NCBI GenBank assembly: GCA_044225595.1
Contig: JBGAIG010000008.1
Span: 3,639-67,638, forward strand
Reading direction: 5' to 3'
Length of the DNA: 64,000 nucleotides
Source: Gammaproteobacteria bacterium
GTDB lineage: Bacteria; Pseudomonadota; Gammaproteobacteria; UBA6186; Azoamicaceae
The notes beneath the pieces were generated by a model. The model was not told where the DNA came from and did no database searches. It was given only the letters and a program-made list of their open reading frames with translations. Shown here piece by piece: positions 10,479 to 21,000 of the stretch. Within the stretch, counting starts at the first letter, position 1, and each line of letters opens with the position of its first letter. Position numbers and translations under genes: made by a program.

Positions 10479-10709
10479 ATGCCAAGTGTTCGTATGAGAG
10501 ACGGAGAGTCCATTGATTCTGCCATACGCCGTTTTAAACGTGCGGTCGAAAAAGCAGGGGGGCCAAAAGAATGGCGCCGTCGCGAATTTTATCAAAAAGG
10601 CTCTATCATTCGCAAACGAAAGGCAGCCGCTGCCAGAAAGCGTCATCTAAAAAAATTAACGAGAGAGCAAATGAGCGGACAACCAGGTCATCGAGAAGCA
10701 CGCGCTTAA
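10479..10709 (+). CDS. rpsU: 30S ribosomal protein S21
   Basis: '[27 protein letters not shown]...RRREFYQK' is the canonical S21 sequence. It is the first gene of the rpsU-dnaG-rpoD operon. Confidence 0.92.
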   Translation: MPSVRMRDGESIDSAIRRFKRAVEKAGGPKEWRRREFYQKGSIIRKRKAAAARKRHLKKLTREQMSGQPGHREARA

Positions 10710-10729
10710 TATGATCCACGGGAGTAAAT

Positions 10730-11185
10730 ATGTCGGAAGAATCGTTAAAGAATAAAATACAAGCCAGCATGATAGCAACCATGCGGTTGCAAGATAAAGC
10801 AAAGCTGGCTGTGATTCGTTTAATTCAAGCAGCCATTAAGCAGCAAGAAGTGGATCAACGTATTACCTTAGATGATGAGCAGGTCTTAGGCACACTCGCG
10901 AAGATGATTCAACAACGCCGCGATTCCATTAAACAATTTGAAGCAGCGGCGCGTGATGACTTGGTTGAAAAAGAAATTTTTGAAATCGGCATCATTCAGG
11001 AGTATTTACCAGCACAGTTAAGCCATGCTGAAATTCAAAGCCTTATTCAACAGGCTATTCAAGAAGTGAGCGCTGCATCGATTCGTGATATGGCGAAAGT
11101 GATGAATATTTTAAAGCCCAAGCTGCAAGGCCGCGCGGATATAGGCGAAGTCGGTAGTTTAATCAAAAGTCAATTAGCGTCGTAA
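10730..11185 (+). CDS. GatB/YqeY domain-containing protein
   Basis: 151 aa. The 'AIKQQEVD', 'MIQQRRDSI' and 'EIGIIQEYLP' pattern is typical of YqeY. It sits between rpsU and dnaG. Confidence 0.8.
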   Translation: MSEESLKNKIQASMIATMRLQDKAKLAVIRLIQAAIKQQEVDQRITLDDEQVLGTLAKMIQQRRDSIKQFEAAARDDLVEKEIFEIGIIQEYLPAQLSHAEIQSLIQQAIQEVSAASIRDMAKVMNILKPKLQGRADIGEVGSLIKSQLAS

Positions 11186-11190
11186 ATGCT

Positions 11191-12951
11191 ATGACGGGGC
11201 AAATTCCCCAATCATTTATTGAAGAACTCTTAGCGCGTACGGATATTGCGGAAATCATTGGCGAGCGAATTTCTTTACGTCGAGCAGGCGCAAACTTTAT
11301 TGCACGGTGTCCTTTCCATCAAGAGAAAACGCCTTCTTTTTCGGTGAGCACAGCGAAACAATTTTATCATTGTTTCGGTTGTGGTGTGAGCGGTGATGCG
11401 ATTCAGTTTTTGACAGAACATGATGGGCTGCATTTTGTAGAAGCCATAGAAGCCTTAGCGAGTCGCGCAGGTTTGGGAATGCCTGTAGAAACAAAGGCAG
11501 ACAACCAAAAAGCACAATCGACGCCTGTGTACGAAATATTAGCCGAAGCGGCAGCCTTTTATCAGACGCAATTACGTAAACATGTGACTGCAGAAAAAGT
11601 CCACCATTATTTGAAAAAACGCGGATTAACTGGGCAAATTGCAAAACAATTTGGCTTAGGTTTTGCGCCCTTTGGCTGGGATGCACTCGTAAAACATTTA
11701 GGCACCGATCAGACACGCATAGAAGCTTTAATTGCAGCAGGATTGATTATTAAAAAAGAAAGAGATCGCTATTATGATCGTTTTCGCGAGCGTATTTTGT
11801 TTCCCATTCGCGATAGGCGCGGTCGTGTGGTCGGATTTGGCGGCAGGATTATTGGTTCTGAAGGAGAGCCCAAATATTTGAATTCTCCCGAAACGTTGGT
11901 TTTTAATAAGGGTTCGGAGTTGTATGGACTATATGAAGCACGCTTAGGAAACCGTGCGCTGACCAGTCTTTTAGTGGTCGAAGGTTATATGGATGTCGTT
12001 AGCCTCGCGCAATTTGGTATTAAGAATGTTGTTGCAACTTTAGGAACAGCCGTTACTGAAAAACAGATTGAGGCGCTTTTTAGACAAGCTTCGGAACTGA
12101 TTTTTTGTTTTGATGGTGATAAGGCGGGCCAAACTGCTGCAAAACGTGCTTTACCGCTCGTATTGCCGCATATGAAAGAAGGGCGCCGCGTTCGTTTTAT
12201 GTTATTGCCAGCAGGCGAAGATCCGGATTCTTTCATCAGGAAATTGGGTCAGGCAGCTTTTTTAGATCGCGTGGAACGCGCAACACTTTTGTCAGACTTC
12301 TTATTTGAAGACTTAAGCGCGAATCTCGATTTGCACCACCTCGATAGTCGTGCCCAATTGGTTACCTTGGCAAAACCCTTAATTAAATTAGTACCGCCCG
12401 GGGTATTACAGCAAATGTTGTACGACCGCTTAGCAGAGTTAGCAGGCGTAAATGCGCGTGTGGTACAAACAAAATACGGGAACCAAAAACAAAATAAGTT
12501 GTCTAACAGAAATTTTACAACGGTTCCTTTGCCGCCGAATCCAGCGTATCGGCTTGTTGCTATGTTGTTAGCACACCGAGATCTCCTTTCAAAAGCAGGA
12601 GAACCTGAAGAATTTCGCAATCTAGAGATCCACGGCATAAATTTATTGTGCGCGGCTATTGCAATTCTGCGTTTTGATCCTAGTATTGGCATAGAAGCCT
12701 TTAAAGAAAAGCTTCCAGAAGATTGTGTTAGTCAATTTTCTTATGATGATTTGAAGTGTATTGTTGATCGTATTCCACTCGGTGGGGTGGAGCAGGAATT
12801 TTTGGGTGCTTTGCAGAACTTGCGTGAAGCCGCTCAAGAACAGGCCATGGAATCTCTACTGATAAAGGCCAAAACGGGGGCGCTTTCAACGGATGAGAAA
12901 GCGCAGTTAAAAAATCTATTAGCACAAAGGCAAGAAAATCGCGTGGACTAA
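11191..12951 (+). CDS. dnaG: DNA primase
   Basis: Zinc-ribbon 'CPFHQEKTPSFSVS..YHCFGCG', Toprim 'VVEGYMDVV' and 'CFDGDKAG'. Position is between rpsU and rpoD. Confidence 0.93.
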   Translation: MTGQIPQSFIEELLARTDIAEIIGERISLRRAGANFIARCPFHQEKTPSFSVSTAKQFYHCFGCGVSGDAIQFLTEHDGLHFVEAIEALASRAGLGMPVETKADNQKAQSTPVYEILAEAAAFYQTQLRKHVTAEKVHHYLKKRGLTGQIAKQFGLGFAPFGWDALVKHLGTDQTRIEALIAAGLIIKKERDRYYDRFRERILFPIRDRRGRVVGFGGRIIGSEGEPKYLNSPETLVFNKGSELYGLYEARLGNRALTSLLVVEGYMDVVSLAQFGIKNVVATLGTAVTEKQIEALFRQASELIFCFDGDKAGQTAAKRALPLVLPHMKEGRRVRFMLLPAGEDPDSFIRKLGQAAFLDRVERATLLSDFLFEDLSANLDLHHLDSRAQLVTLAKPLIKLVPPGVLQQMLYDRLAELAGVNARVVQTKYGNQKQNKLSNRNFTTVPLPPNPAYRLVAMLLAHRDLLSKAGEPEEFRNLEIHGINLLCAAIAILRFDPSIGIEAFKEKLPEDCVSQFSYDDLKCIVDRIPLGGVEQEFLGALQNLREAAQEQAMESLLIKAKTGALSTDEKAQLKNLLAQRQENRVD

Positions 12952-13026
12952 CCGGTTTTTAGTGATAAAATCGGGATTGCGCAGGTAGGTTCCTTTTGGC
13001 CAAAAAATAAGCGTAGAGAATAAATT

Positions 13027-14919
13027 ATGAGCAGTTATGTAGACAAAGATCGTCAAGTGGCGCAAATTAAACTATTAGTTGCCTTGGGTGAAGAAAAGGG
13101 TTATCTCACTTACGATGATGTTAACGAACATCTGGGAGAAGATGCGCTCGACGCAGAACTTATTATCGAGGAAATCGTACAAGCGCTGGACGAAAAAGGC
13201 ATTACTGTTTATGAAATGTCATCGGATGCTGGAGAACTCTTACTTTCAGATGAAGAAAAAGAACCCATTGTTTCTGAAGAAGTTGTAGAAGGTGCGGTTC
13301 AAGCTGTCTCAGCGGTAGGTGAAACCGATAAAGTGCGTGATCCCACCAACGATCCGGTGCGCTTGTATATGCGTGAAATGGGTACCGTAGGGCTTTTAAC
13401 GCGGCAAGGCGAAATTGCGATCGCTAAGCGTATTGAAGAAGGCGCTAAAGAAGTTTTACAAAGCGTTGCAGCTTATCCAACACTGTTAGATCTTATCGAG
13501 GACGAATTTGCGAAAGTAGAAAAAGGTGAGCAAAAAATTGCCGAGTTGATTAATGGATTTGTTGATATGGCGGTTAGTACGGCTATTCCAGAAGAATCGG
13601 TATTAGAAGAACCCGCGGTTGTTGTTTCAACGGAAGAAACAGAAGATGATGAAGAGGAGACCGCTGAAGGTACAGGATTTGATACAGAACCTGATTTTAT
13701 AGAAACTAAAAGACGGTTTGATGAACTGTTTGATTTAAAGCGAGAAGCACAAAGAGCGATTGATAAGCATGGCCGACATCATGCCAAAACGCTCGATTTA
13801 TTAAATCGCTTAGGCGGGTGCTTAGTCGGATTTAAATTGGTGCCACGTTTTTTTGATGCATTAACAGGCGGAATGCGAAGCATGCTAGAAAAAGTACGCA
13901 TTTCCGAACGGGCTATGATGGATATTTGTGTTAACAAAGCCAATATGCCAAGGCAGTTATTTATTAGTTCTTTTCCGAGCCATGAAACAAATGCCACGTG
14001 GGTAAAAACACATTGTAAGGGTAAAACAGCGTATGCTGAGGGGATGGCAGCGCATCAAGAACAATTATTAGCATATCAGAAAGCGCTGCTTGTGCTCGAA
14101 AAAGAAACTGGTTTAACAATTAGTGAAATCAAAGAATTAAACAGACATATGTCTATTGGTGAGGCAAAAGCACGCCGCGCGAAAAAAGAAATGGTGGAAG
14201 CAAATCTCCGATTAGTGATTTCTATTGCTAAAAAATATACAAATCGCGGTTTACAATTTTTGGATTTAATTCAAGAAGGTAACATTGGGTTGATGAAAGC
14301 AGTCGATAAGTTTGAATATCGTCGCGGCTATAAATTTTCGACTTATGCCACGTGGTGGATTCGTCAAGCGATTACGCGTTCTATTGCCGATCAAGCACGT
14401 ACCATTCGTATCCCGGTCCATATGATTGAGACCATTAATAAATTAACGCGGATTCAACGTCAGAAATTGCAAGAATTGGGTCGAGAACCCACACCCGAAG
14501 AATTAAGCAAATGTATGGGGATGCCCGAAGACAAGATTCTCAAAGTCTTAAAAATTGCGAAAGAACCCATTTCGACAGAAACGCCGATTGGTGATGATGA
14601 CGATTCGCACTTGGGGGATTTCATCGAAGATGCCAATGTACAATCGCCTATCGAGGCTGCGACCATGGAAGGTTTGCGCGAAGCGACACGCCGTATTCTA
14701 GCAGGCTTAACGCCGCGTGAAGCGAAGGTGCTGCGTATGCGTTTTGGTATCGAAATGAATACCGATCATACTTTAGAAGAAGTGGGTAAACAGTTTGATG
14801 TGACCCGCGAACGTATTCGCCAAATTGAGGCAAAAGCTTTACGTAAATTGCGGCAGCCCAGTCGTGCAGAGCAATTAAGAAGTTTCCTAGAAGAGGAAAA
14901 AAGCGAAGGCAAGGGTTAA
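13027..14919 (+). CDS. rpoD: RNA polymerase primary sigma factor RpoD (sigma-70)
   Basis: Acidic region 1.1, region 1.2 '[11 protein letters not shown]', region 2 '[62 protein letters not shown]', region 4.2 '[28 protein letters not shown]'. Confidence 0.95.
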   Translation: MSSYVDKDRQVAQIKLLVALGEEKGYLTYDDVNEHLGEDALDAELIIEEIVQALDEKGITVYEMSSDAGELLLSDEEKEPIVSEEVVEGAVQAVSAVGETDKVRDPTNDPVRLYMREMGTVGLLTRQGEIAIAKRIEEGAKEVLQSVAAYPTLLDLIEDEFAKVEKGEQKIAELINGFVDMAVSTAIPEESVLEEPAVVVSTEETEDDEEETAEGTGFDTEPDFIETKRRFDELFDLKREAQRAIDKHGRHHAKTLDLLNRLGGCLVGFKLVPRFFDALTGGMRSMLEKVRISERAMMDICVNKANMPRQLFISSFPSHETNATWVKTHCKGKTAYAEGMAAHQEQLLAYQKALLVLEKETGLTISEIKELNRHMSIGEAKARRAKKEMVEANLRLVISIAKKYTNRGLQFLDLIQEGNIGLMKAVDKFEYRRGYKFSTYATWWIRQAITRSIADQARTIRIPVHMIETINKLTRIQRQKLQELGREPTPEELSKCMGMPEDKILKVLKIAKEPISTETPIGDDDDSHLGDFIEDANVQSPIEAATMEGLREATRRILAGLTPREAKVLRMRFGIEMNTDHTLEEVGKQFDVTRERIRQIEAKALRKLRQPSRAEQLRSFLEEEKSEGKG

Positions 14920-14967
14920 TTTTTAAGCGAGAGGCATGGTATACTTCGCCTCTCCGATCCCGATATC

Positions 14968-15044
<77 letters not shown>

Positions 15045-15109
15045 AAAAGACCAATAAAATCATAAGCTTACACATACTTCTTCCGTTTTCCAAAACCCTC
15101 AAAAATGCT

Positions 15110-15131
15110 TTGTGGGCATTTTGTGGGCATT
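15110..15131 (+). repeat. tandem direct repeat 2 x 'ttgtgggcatt' between the tRNA and the integrase stop (candidate arm-type integrase site)
   Basis: Two perfect adjacent 11-mers, read directly at 15110-15120 and 15121-15131. The functional role is inference. Confidence 0.6.
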
Positions 15132-15143
15132 AGGTTAAATAAC

Positions 15144-16286
15144 TTAAACACGATTTGCCACCAAAGATGCAACTTGTGCTCCAGGGCTTCGTTCCGAAAC
15201 AACTGGGCGATTAGGATTGCGCAGCAATGTTAAAGCTACTCCACTTCGTTGTTGCTTGCATACTTTGTTTGTGGCTTCATGGAGGCTTTGCAACTCAGCC
15301 AATGAGTAATGCGTTGTAATACGCTCCGATCGGTGCCCCAACAGATCTTGCCGATCTTCCAAACTCACGTCTAAGGCACGCAGTCGTCGCCCGTAGGTGT
15401 GTTTTAAATCGTGAACCCGAACCTGTTCTAGCCCAGCTGCTTTCCTAGCCAAACGCCAGCCAGTGGACAGCATTCTCGCTAAGGGCCTGCTTTTGAAGCT
15501 GAATACGTGAGTTGGGTGTTTTCCCCGCTCACCTTCTACCACAGCTTGAGCCATACTATTACAAATCACTAAACGATCTTCCCCATTCTTGACTAAGATA
15601 CTTGGTACGATAAAGACCATCAGATTCGGTGCTTCTGGAATTTTCATCTCCCAGTCCCACTGCAATTGACAGATCTCTTGATCCCGACATCCGGTATTAA
15701 CAGCAAACAATGCCATTTTTTCCAAATGTGGGGGCAACTCTTTAAAGAGTCTCGTTTGCTCCTCCCAGCTTAGTGGATAAGGTTTGCGTAAATCATGCTC
15801 TGCCAAAAGCTTGATTTTAGGTGCATGCCCTAACCATGTTAGCCCATGTTCATCCATCCATTCGCTCGCAGCAAGATTGAGTATTCGACGAACAATCTGT
15901 AATCCATGGTTAATGGTTCTCGTCTTAACACCTTCTTTACGGCGTGCATTAATAAATGGTTGCAGCGCACCCATATGAATGCTCTCAAGAGATAAATCTC
16001 CAATATGTTTCACCAGAACTTTGAGCCTTCCCTCATCAGAGTAAAGGCTTCGTTTATGCTGATGCTCCATTAGAAATTTAATCGCTGCTTCCTCAAAGCT
16101 TCGTTTAGGTCTTACGCCATAAACAACTGCTTCCCTTACTTCCTCGATTCGCCTGTTAAGATAGCGTTCCGCCTCCTGGAGCGAGTTAGCTCCAGTACTT
16201 TCTCGAAGGCGATGCCCGAGGACCCTTTTTTCAATGTGCCAGAGTTCACCTCTTTTGATGAGCCCTGGCGATACTTTGCGTCCCAT
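15144..16286 (-). CDS. tyrosine-type site-specific integrase
   Basis: C-terminal catalytic blocks 'NTGCRDQEICQLQW', 'VHDLKHTYGRRL' and 'LLGHRSERITTHYS' (R..H-x-x-R..Y). AGGAG lies 9 nt before ATG 16286, with an in-frame TAG just upstream. It is adjacent to the tRNA. Confidence 0.9.
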   Translation of the reverse strand: MGRKVSPGLIKRGELWHIEKRVLGHRLRESTGANSLQEAERYLNRRIEEVREAVVYGVRPKRSFEEAAIKFLMEHQHKRSLYSDEGRLKVLVKHIGDLSLESIHMGALQPFINARRKEGVKTRTINHGLQIVRRILNLAASEWMDEHGLTWLGHAPKIKLLAEHDLRKPYPLSWEEQTRLFKELPPHLEKMALFAVNTGCRDQEICQLQWDWEMKIPEAPNLMVFIVPSILVKNGEDRLVICNSMAQAVVEGERGKHPTHVFSFKSRPLARMLSTGWRLARKAAGLEQVRVHDLKHTYGRRLRALDVSLEDRQDLLGHRSERITTHYSLAELQSLHEATNKVCKQQRSGVALTLLRNPNRPVVSERSPGAQVASLVANRV

Positions 16287-16507
16287 AGTTCCATACTCCT
16301 AGAGTTGGTTACCGCAGGACGCCCGCTACAGTGCTTATATTGCTCTACCCAAGCGTCCAAATCAAGCCTATCAAAGGCAATACCTTGTGTTCCGATAGGA
16401 ATTTCAGTGATATGCGGCCTTACTTCGCTATTAAAACGGTTTCTATCCATGCCCAAATAGGCCGGAGCGTCTCTAAATCTAATAAGTCTTGGCAAGAACT
16501 CAGTCAT
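16136..16507 (-). CDS. AlpA/Xis-like helix-turn-helix protein (putative excisionase/regulator)
   Basis: The N-terminal 60 aa 'LIRFRDAPAYLGMDRNRFNSEVRPHITEIPIGTQGIAFDRLDLDAWVEQY' matches the AlpA/excisionase-type HTH pattern. Its ATG overlaps the csrA stop (ATGACTGA). Its 3' 151 nt overlap the integrase in another frame. Confidence 0.5.
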   Translation of the reverse strand: MTEFLPRLIRFRDAPAYLGMDRNRFNSEVRPHITEIPIGTQGIAFDRLDLDAWVEQYKHCSGRPAVTNSRSMELWDAKYRQGSSKEVNSGTLKKGSSGIAFEKVLELTRSRRRNAILTGESRK

Positions 16508-16685
16508 GATGTTTCCCAGCGTTGTGTTCCATCTCCTTAGCTTTAATTTCGTCTCTAACGATCTTGATTTCTGGTGGTGCTACTATACCGATACGAGCGG
16601 CACCCCGAAATTGACCCAGAACGGTAATTTGAATATCTTTCCCTATAGAAATGGATTGGCCTGCATAACGTTGTAAGATCAGCAT
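16500..16685 (-). CDS. CsrA-family RNA-binding regulator paralogue (ICE-type, csrT/lvrC-like)
   Basis: 'MLILQRYAGQSISIGKDIQITVLGQFRGAARIGIVAPPEIKIVRDEI' is collinear with CsrA 'MLILTRRVGE..I.IGD.I.ITVLGV.G.QVRIGI.AP..V.V.REEI'. Strong SD 'aaggagg' upstream. Confidence 0.85.
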   Translation of the reverse strand: MLILQRYAGQSISIGKDIQITVLGQFRGAARIGIVAPPEIKIVRDEIKAKEMEHNAGKHHD

Positions 16686-17094
16686 TTGCTTTTTCCTCCT
16701 TAATTTTTGTCAAACACTTTTTCGCCTGGGTTTTAATTGAATTAATCGTTCTTTGGCATTTATAAAATCTTGCATACCTACTATTCCTCCAGTTATTTCC
16801 TTAAAAAAATCTTTAGCATTAGCATTAATGTAAGCAAGGATTACGACAACGTTTTGTTATTTTCTGGTTGGTTCCTGTATTCCAAACACAAAAGCGATTT
16901 TTCATTCCGCGCCAGATGCAAAAGAAGAAATACAAATGAAAAATTCTGAGGATTAATTACCTACGCCATTTCTCTAGGTAAATTTTCAGGGTATGAAACG
17001 CCTGCATTCGATAAAAATAAGTATGAGCTTCTGTTCTCTTTGTAACGAAAAGACAGTTGAGGTTCATAAATAAGGACTATAGGAGGATTTCGAA

Positions 17095-17904
17095 ATGTCT
17101 CTTGATAGAGAAAATAAACAAAAGATTCGGCATCAAGCCTTGCTTGAGGCAATTCGTCTCTGTGGCGGTGTGACCGCCTTTAGTAAATGTCTTAAAGTGA
17201 ATAGAAGTCGGGCGAGTAATTGGTGTAATCGGCCGGAAATTGAGATTCCGTATGAATATGCAGTACTCATTGCACACATCACCCAGGTTAGCATCGCACG
17301 ATTATCGCCATTCACAAAAACCACAAATGAGGTTATAAAACAATTACGCTATGGCCATCAATCGCAGCTGGTGAAAATCGCTTTAAACGAAATTCTGGCT
17401 GAAGCATCCTGCAACTTAAGACGCCTCAAGCGCGATCGCCCCATGATAATAGGTACCGATAGAGTTTTGATTTCAGGTTTATTACAATTTGAGCATTGTA
17501 GAGCTCTCGGGAACAGGCAATCTTTAGTTATGGTATTAGATTTAGAATCACTCTTATTAGGACAGAAAATGCTGCAAGATATGCAGCTTGATTTATTAAC
17601 GAGTGAAGAGATAGAAATTGGCCTGAGTTTAGAACGTTTATTGGGCAGTTTTCAAGGACAAAGGTGTGATTTTACAAAAAATAATACAGCATTTTTCCCA
17701 ATGAGAGGGGGATTTAAGAGTTGCACAGATATTAGGATTGCCCAAATGATTGGGTACAGCACCAATACGTATTATCGTGCTAAACAAGTCTATTTGCAGG
17801 GGAGCGTAGAATTAATTGGCGTAGTAGACCGCAAAGAAATTTCTGTTGCGGTGGCGGTCGAGAAATTAAATAAAACCAAATCCCTCGAGCCTAATGAGAT
17901 TTAA
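17095..17904 (+). CDS. YdaS/Cro-like HTH fused to a degenerate ParB-like domain (paralogue 1)
   Basis: N-terminus 'LLEAIRLCGGVTAFSKCLKVNRSRASNWCN' (YdaS-type HTH). Centre 'RPMIIGTDRVLISGLLQFEHCRALG..LVMVLD' is ParB-N-like, with GLLQ replacing the GERR arginine patch. C-terminal HTH 'IAQMIGYSTNTYYRAKQVY'. It shares this architecture, and high identity by eye, with 25683-26528. Confidence 0.6.
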   Translation: MSLDRENKQKIRHQALLEAIRLCGGVTAFSKCLKVNRSRASNWCNRPEIEIPYEYAVLIAHITQVSIARLSPFTKTTNEVIKQLRYGHQSQLVKIALNEILAEASCNLRRLKRDRPMIIGTDRVLISGLLQFEHCRALGNRQSLVMVLDLESLLLGQKMLQDMQLDLLTSEEIEIGLSLERLLGSFQGQRCDFTKNNTAFFPMRGGFKSCTDIRIAQMIGYSTNTYYRAKQVYLQGSVELIGVVDRKEISVAVAVEKLNKTKSLEPNEI

Positions 17905-18072
17905 AATAGAGGGAGGAGAAAAACAGACTTCCAATTAGAAAGATAACAAATAAGGATACTTCTCCTCATGTGGGGAGAAGACTAGTCCTATCTTTCGGAG
18001 GATAAATAATTTAAAATCTCACGGTAGGTTTTCTCTCGATGCGTGCTTATTTCGTTAATCAGAGAACAGTGT

Positions 18073-21000
18073 ATGAAAAAGCAAGAGAATTGTTTGGATG
18101 TAGGGTTACCACAAGAGATTTATGCTGGACAGTTAGAAACCATTAATGGAATAAATTTCACGCGGCGTGAAGTTGATGTTATTACCTGCATCGTGAGCGG
18201 AAAAACAGCCAAACATATAGCTGCATTTTTGTTTATTTCGCCTAAAACGGTTGAAAATCATATTCGCAATATTATGTTGAAAACAGGATGTAGAAGTCAA
18301 GCAGCCATCATTGATTTTTTAGAGAAAAGTGATAGGTTTTTGTCGATCAAAGATCATTACTCGTGTTTATTAATACAATATGCCTTTGCTTCAGAGTTGA
18401 AAAAAATTTCGAAAAGATTACCTAAGAAATTAAATTTCTTTATTGTTTTTAATAAACCCATCAAGAATACAGCCCAATTTTTTAACTATTTCATCAATGA
18501 TTTGCAAGTCGCTGGAATTAAGGTAGTGACTGAGCAGCGTAAAGAAGACGAAAGAAGTTTCTATTGGCTAGATAACATTAGACACTCTACGATTAAGACC
18601 ATACTTTACTATGTAGAAACAGAGCAGGTAGAACAGTTAGATTTTAAGGGAATAGAACAATTTATACGGCAGCATTCATATCGTTTGATTTTTATCATAG
18701 TTTCTAACGATACGGCGGTTCGGATGCTTCAGGAATGCTCTAATTTTGAAATCCTGGTGTTGCAAGAATCTAAAAATTATTACTTGTTTGTTTTCGAAGT
18801 ATTAAAAAAGCTACTGGCACCCCTAGATTTGCAAACAAGCATTTTATCTTTCAAACAACAATATGAAAAATTTTCTGGACTACAGCCTACGCAGGGAAAA
18901 CAAGAGCAAATTCAATCTCCTCTGTGGGATAGAAAACCCTCCTTTTTAAATATTCTGAAAAAGCAGAAAACGCTCCCATGGGCTGTCGGGACTCTATGTT
19001 TTCTGTTGATGGGCGTAGCGATTTTTTTAAATCTAACTTTTCAGCATCGTAAAGAAATACCGAATATGAGAACAAAGGGCCTTTATGCTTCTGTGAGATG
19101 GAATTTACCTAGACAAGATAATATTTTCATTAATAGAAAGCAATTGATGGAGACTTTAGTCAACCAATTTAATACTGTGCCAAAGCAAGAAAATCTTGTA
19201 TTCGAGTCGCATGAGCATATGCCTATCGTGAGCGTTTTGTCTGGGGGTGGAGGAGTTGGAAAAACGCAGTTAGCACTCCGATATGTGTATCAATTGAAAG
19301 AGATTTATACCCTTGAAGCTTGGTTTTATGCGGAAAATATTGCCCAATTAAAACAACAATACATTGACTTTTCCAAGATACTTGGCATCAAAGAAGTAAA
19401 TCCTTCTTTTGAATCAGCACTTTCTTATGTTAAAACATCCTTGTCTCAACGTTCAGATTGGCTTTTAATTTTTGACAACGTAACGTATTACCAGGAAATA
19501 AAGGATTTTTTGCCAGAAGGTAGGGGAAATATTATTATGACGACTCGCCAAAGGGATTGGCCAAATACCTTCAAATTATTAGACGTTAATGTTATGACTA
19601 AAGAAGAGGCTTTACAGCTTATAGTGTCGATAACAGGACGAAAAATAGATTCACAAACCCAAGAAACAGTGGAAAAATTAGTAAAAAGGCTGGGCTATTT
19701 ACCCTTAGCATTGGCTCAGGCTAGTGCTTACATTAAAAATAATGGTATTGGTTTTAAGAGCTATTTAGAGAGATACGACCAGATCGAACAAAAGATGTTA
19801 TCAGATCACACGATGCCATCAGGAACTGCGCATGTTCCAGTATCGATCACGTGGGTTACTGATTTTGAGGCAATCAAAAGAGAGGCAATCCAACAACGTC
19901 TTCCTCCGCTTGCTGCTATACTCATCACTGTTTGTGCTTATCTAGATCCTAATCAAATTCCAAAGGAACTTCTTGTACATTGGCTTAGAAAAACCTATCC
20001 TGAAGAAAAAGATCCCGATCTACTCCTTGATCAACTGTTGGGGCAGCTGAACCGTTATTCACTTATCACGCTAAATCTTGAAAAGAAAACAATCGATATT
20101 CATCGTCTCGTGCAGGCGGTTTTACGACACCAACATAGAGAAATGAAAAAGGGGATTGATCAATATCATTCACTTCTCAGCCAGTCCTGGTTTGAAAACC
20201 TTCTAAACGTTACTCATGAAGAATTTAATCGAAAAACATCTCTTATAGAAGAGGAGCAAAGAAAGCAATCCTTATTGCCGCATCTCCAATCGTTAGTTGC
20301 AAACTATAATCATTTAAATTTGGATCCTCAAAATTATACGGTAGCACTTATTACCTTCGATATAGGGTGTGCCCTGTTGTGTAAGGAACCGTCTTTGTCT
20401 AAGGTATATTTAGAACAATCTTTAAAGATCTTTGAGAAAAAGCATGGTTCGAATCATTGGTTCGTATCTAGAACATTAAGAAAGCTTGGGCATCTTGCTT
20501 GGGTTCTAGGTGACATTGATCAATCAAAGGCTTTGTTGGAAAAGGCACTGAGTATTGACGAAAAAATCAAGTCGAATGAATTAGCTAACACTTTAAACAA
20601 TCTTGGAAATATTTATGGGGTTTCAGGAAGAGTGAAGGAACAATGCCGATTACTAGAAAAGGCCTTAAAAATGGGCGAACAATCTAAGGAAACGAACAAT
20701 AGTAGTATCGCGATACGTTTAAATAATTTAGGAAACGCTTATGTTGCCTCTGGAGAGACGTATAAAGGAAAACAAATGCTAGAGCGTTCTTTAGCAATTT
20801 TTGAGCAAGAATTTGGTTGCGATTTTTATAAAGTGAGTAGTGTTCTAACAAGTTTGGGTCATGCAAATTGGGTTTTAGGGGATCTTGAGCAAGCTAAGAC
20901 TCAACTTGAAAGAGCCCTAAAAATAAAGGAAAGCTATTATCATGCAGAACACATAGCCATCGGCATATCCTTGAATAATCTTGGCAATGTCTATAAAGAT

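Noticed and set aside
16710-16775. 21-codon minus-strand ORF (MQDFINAKERLIQLKPRRKSV) with a GGAGGA SD upstream of the csrA paralogue
   Set aside because: It is too short to support from sequence alone and has no conservation evidence. It might be a leader peptide or lvrB-like micro-ORF, but I do not report it as a feature.
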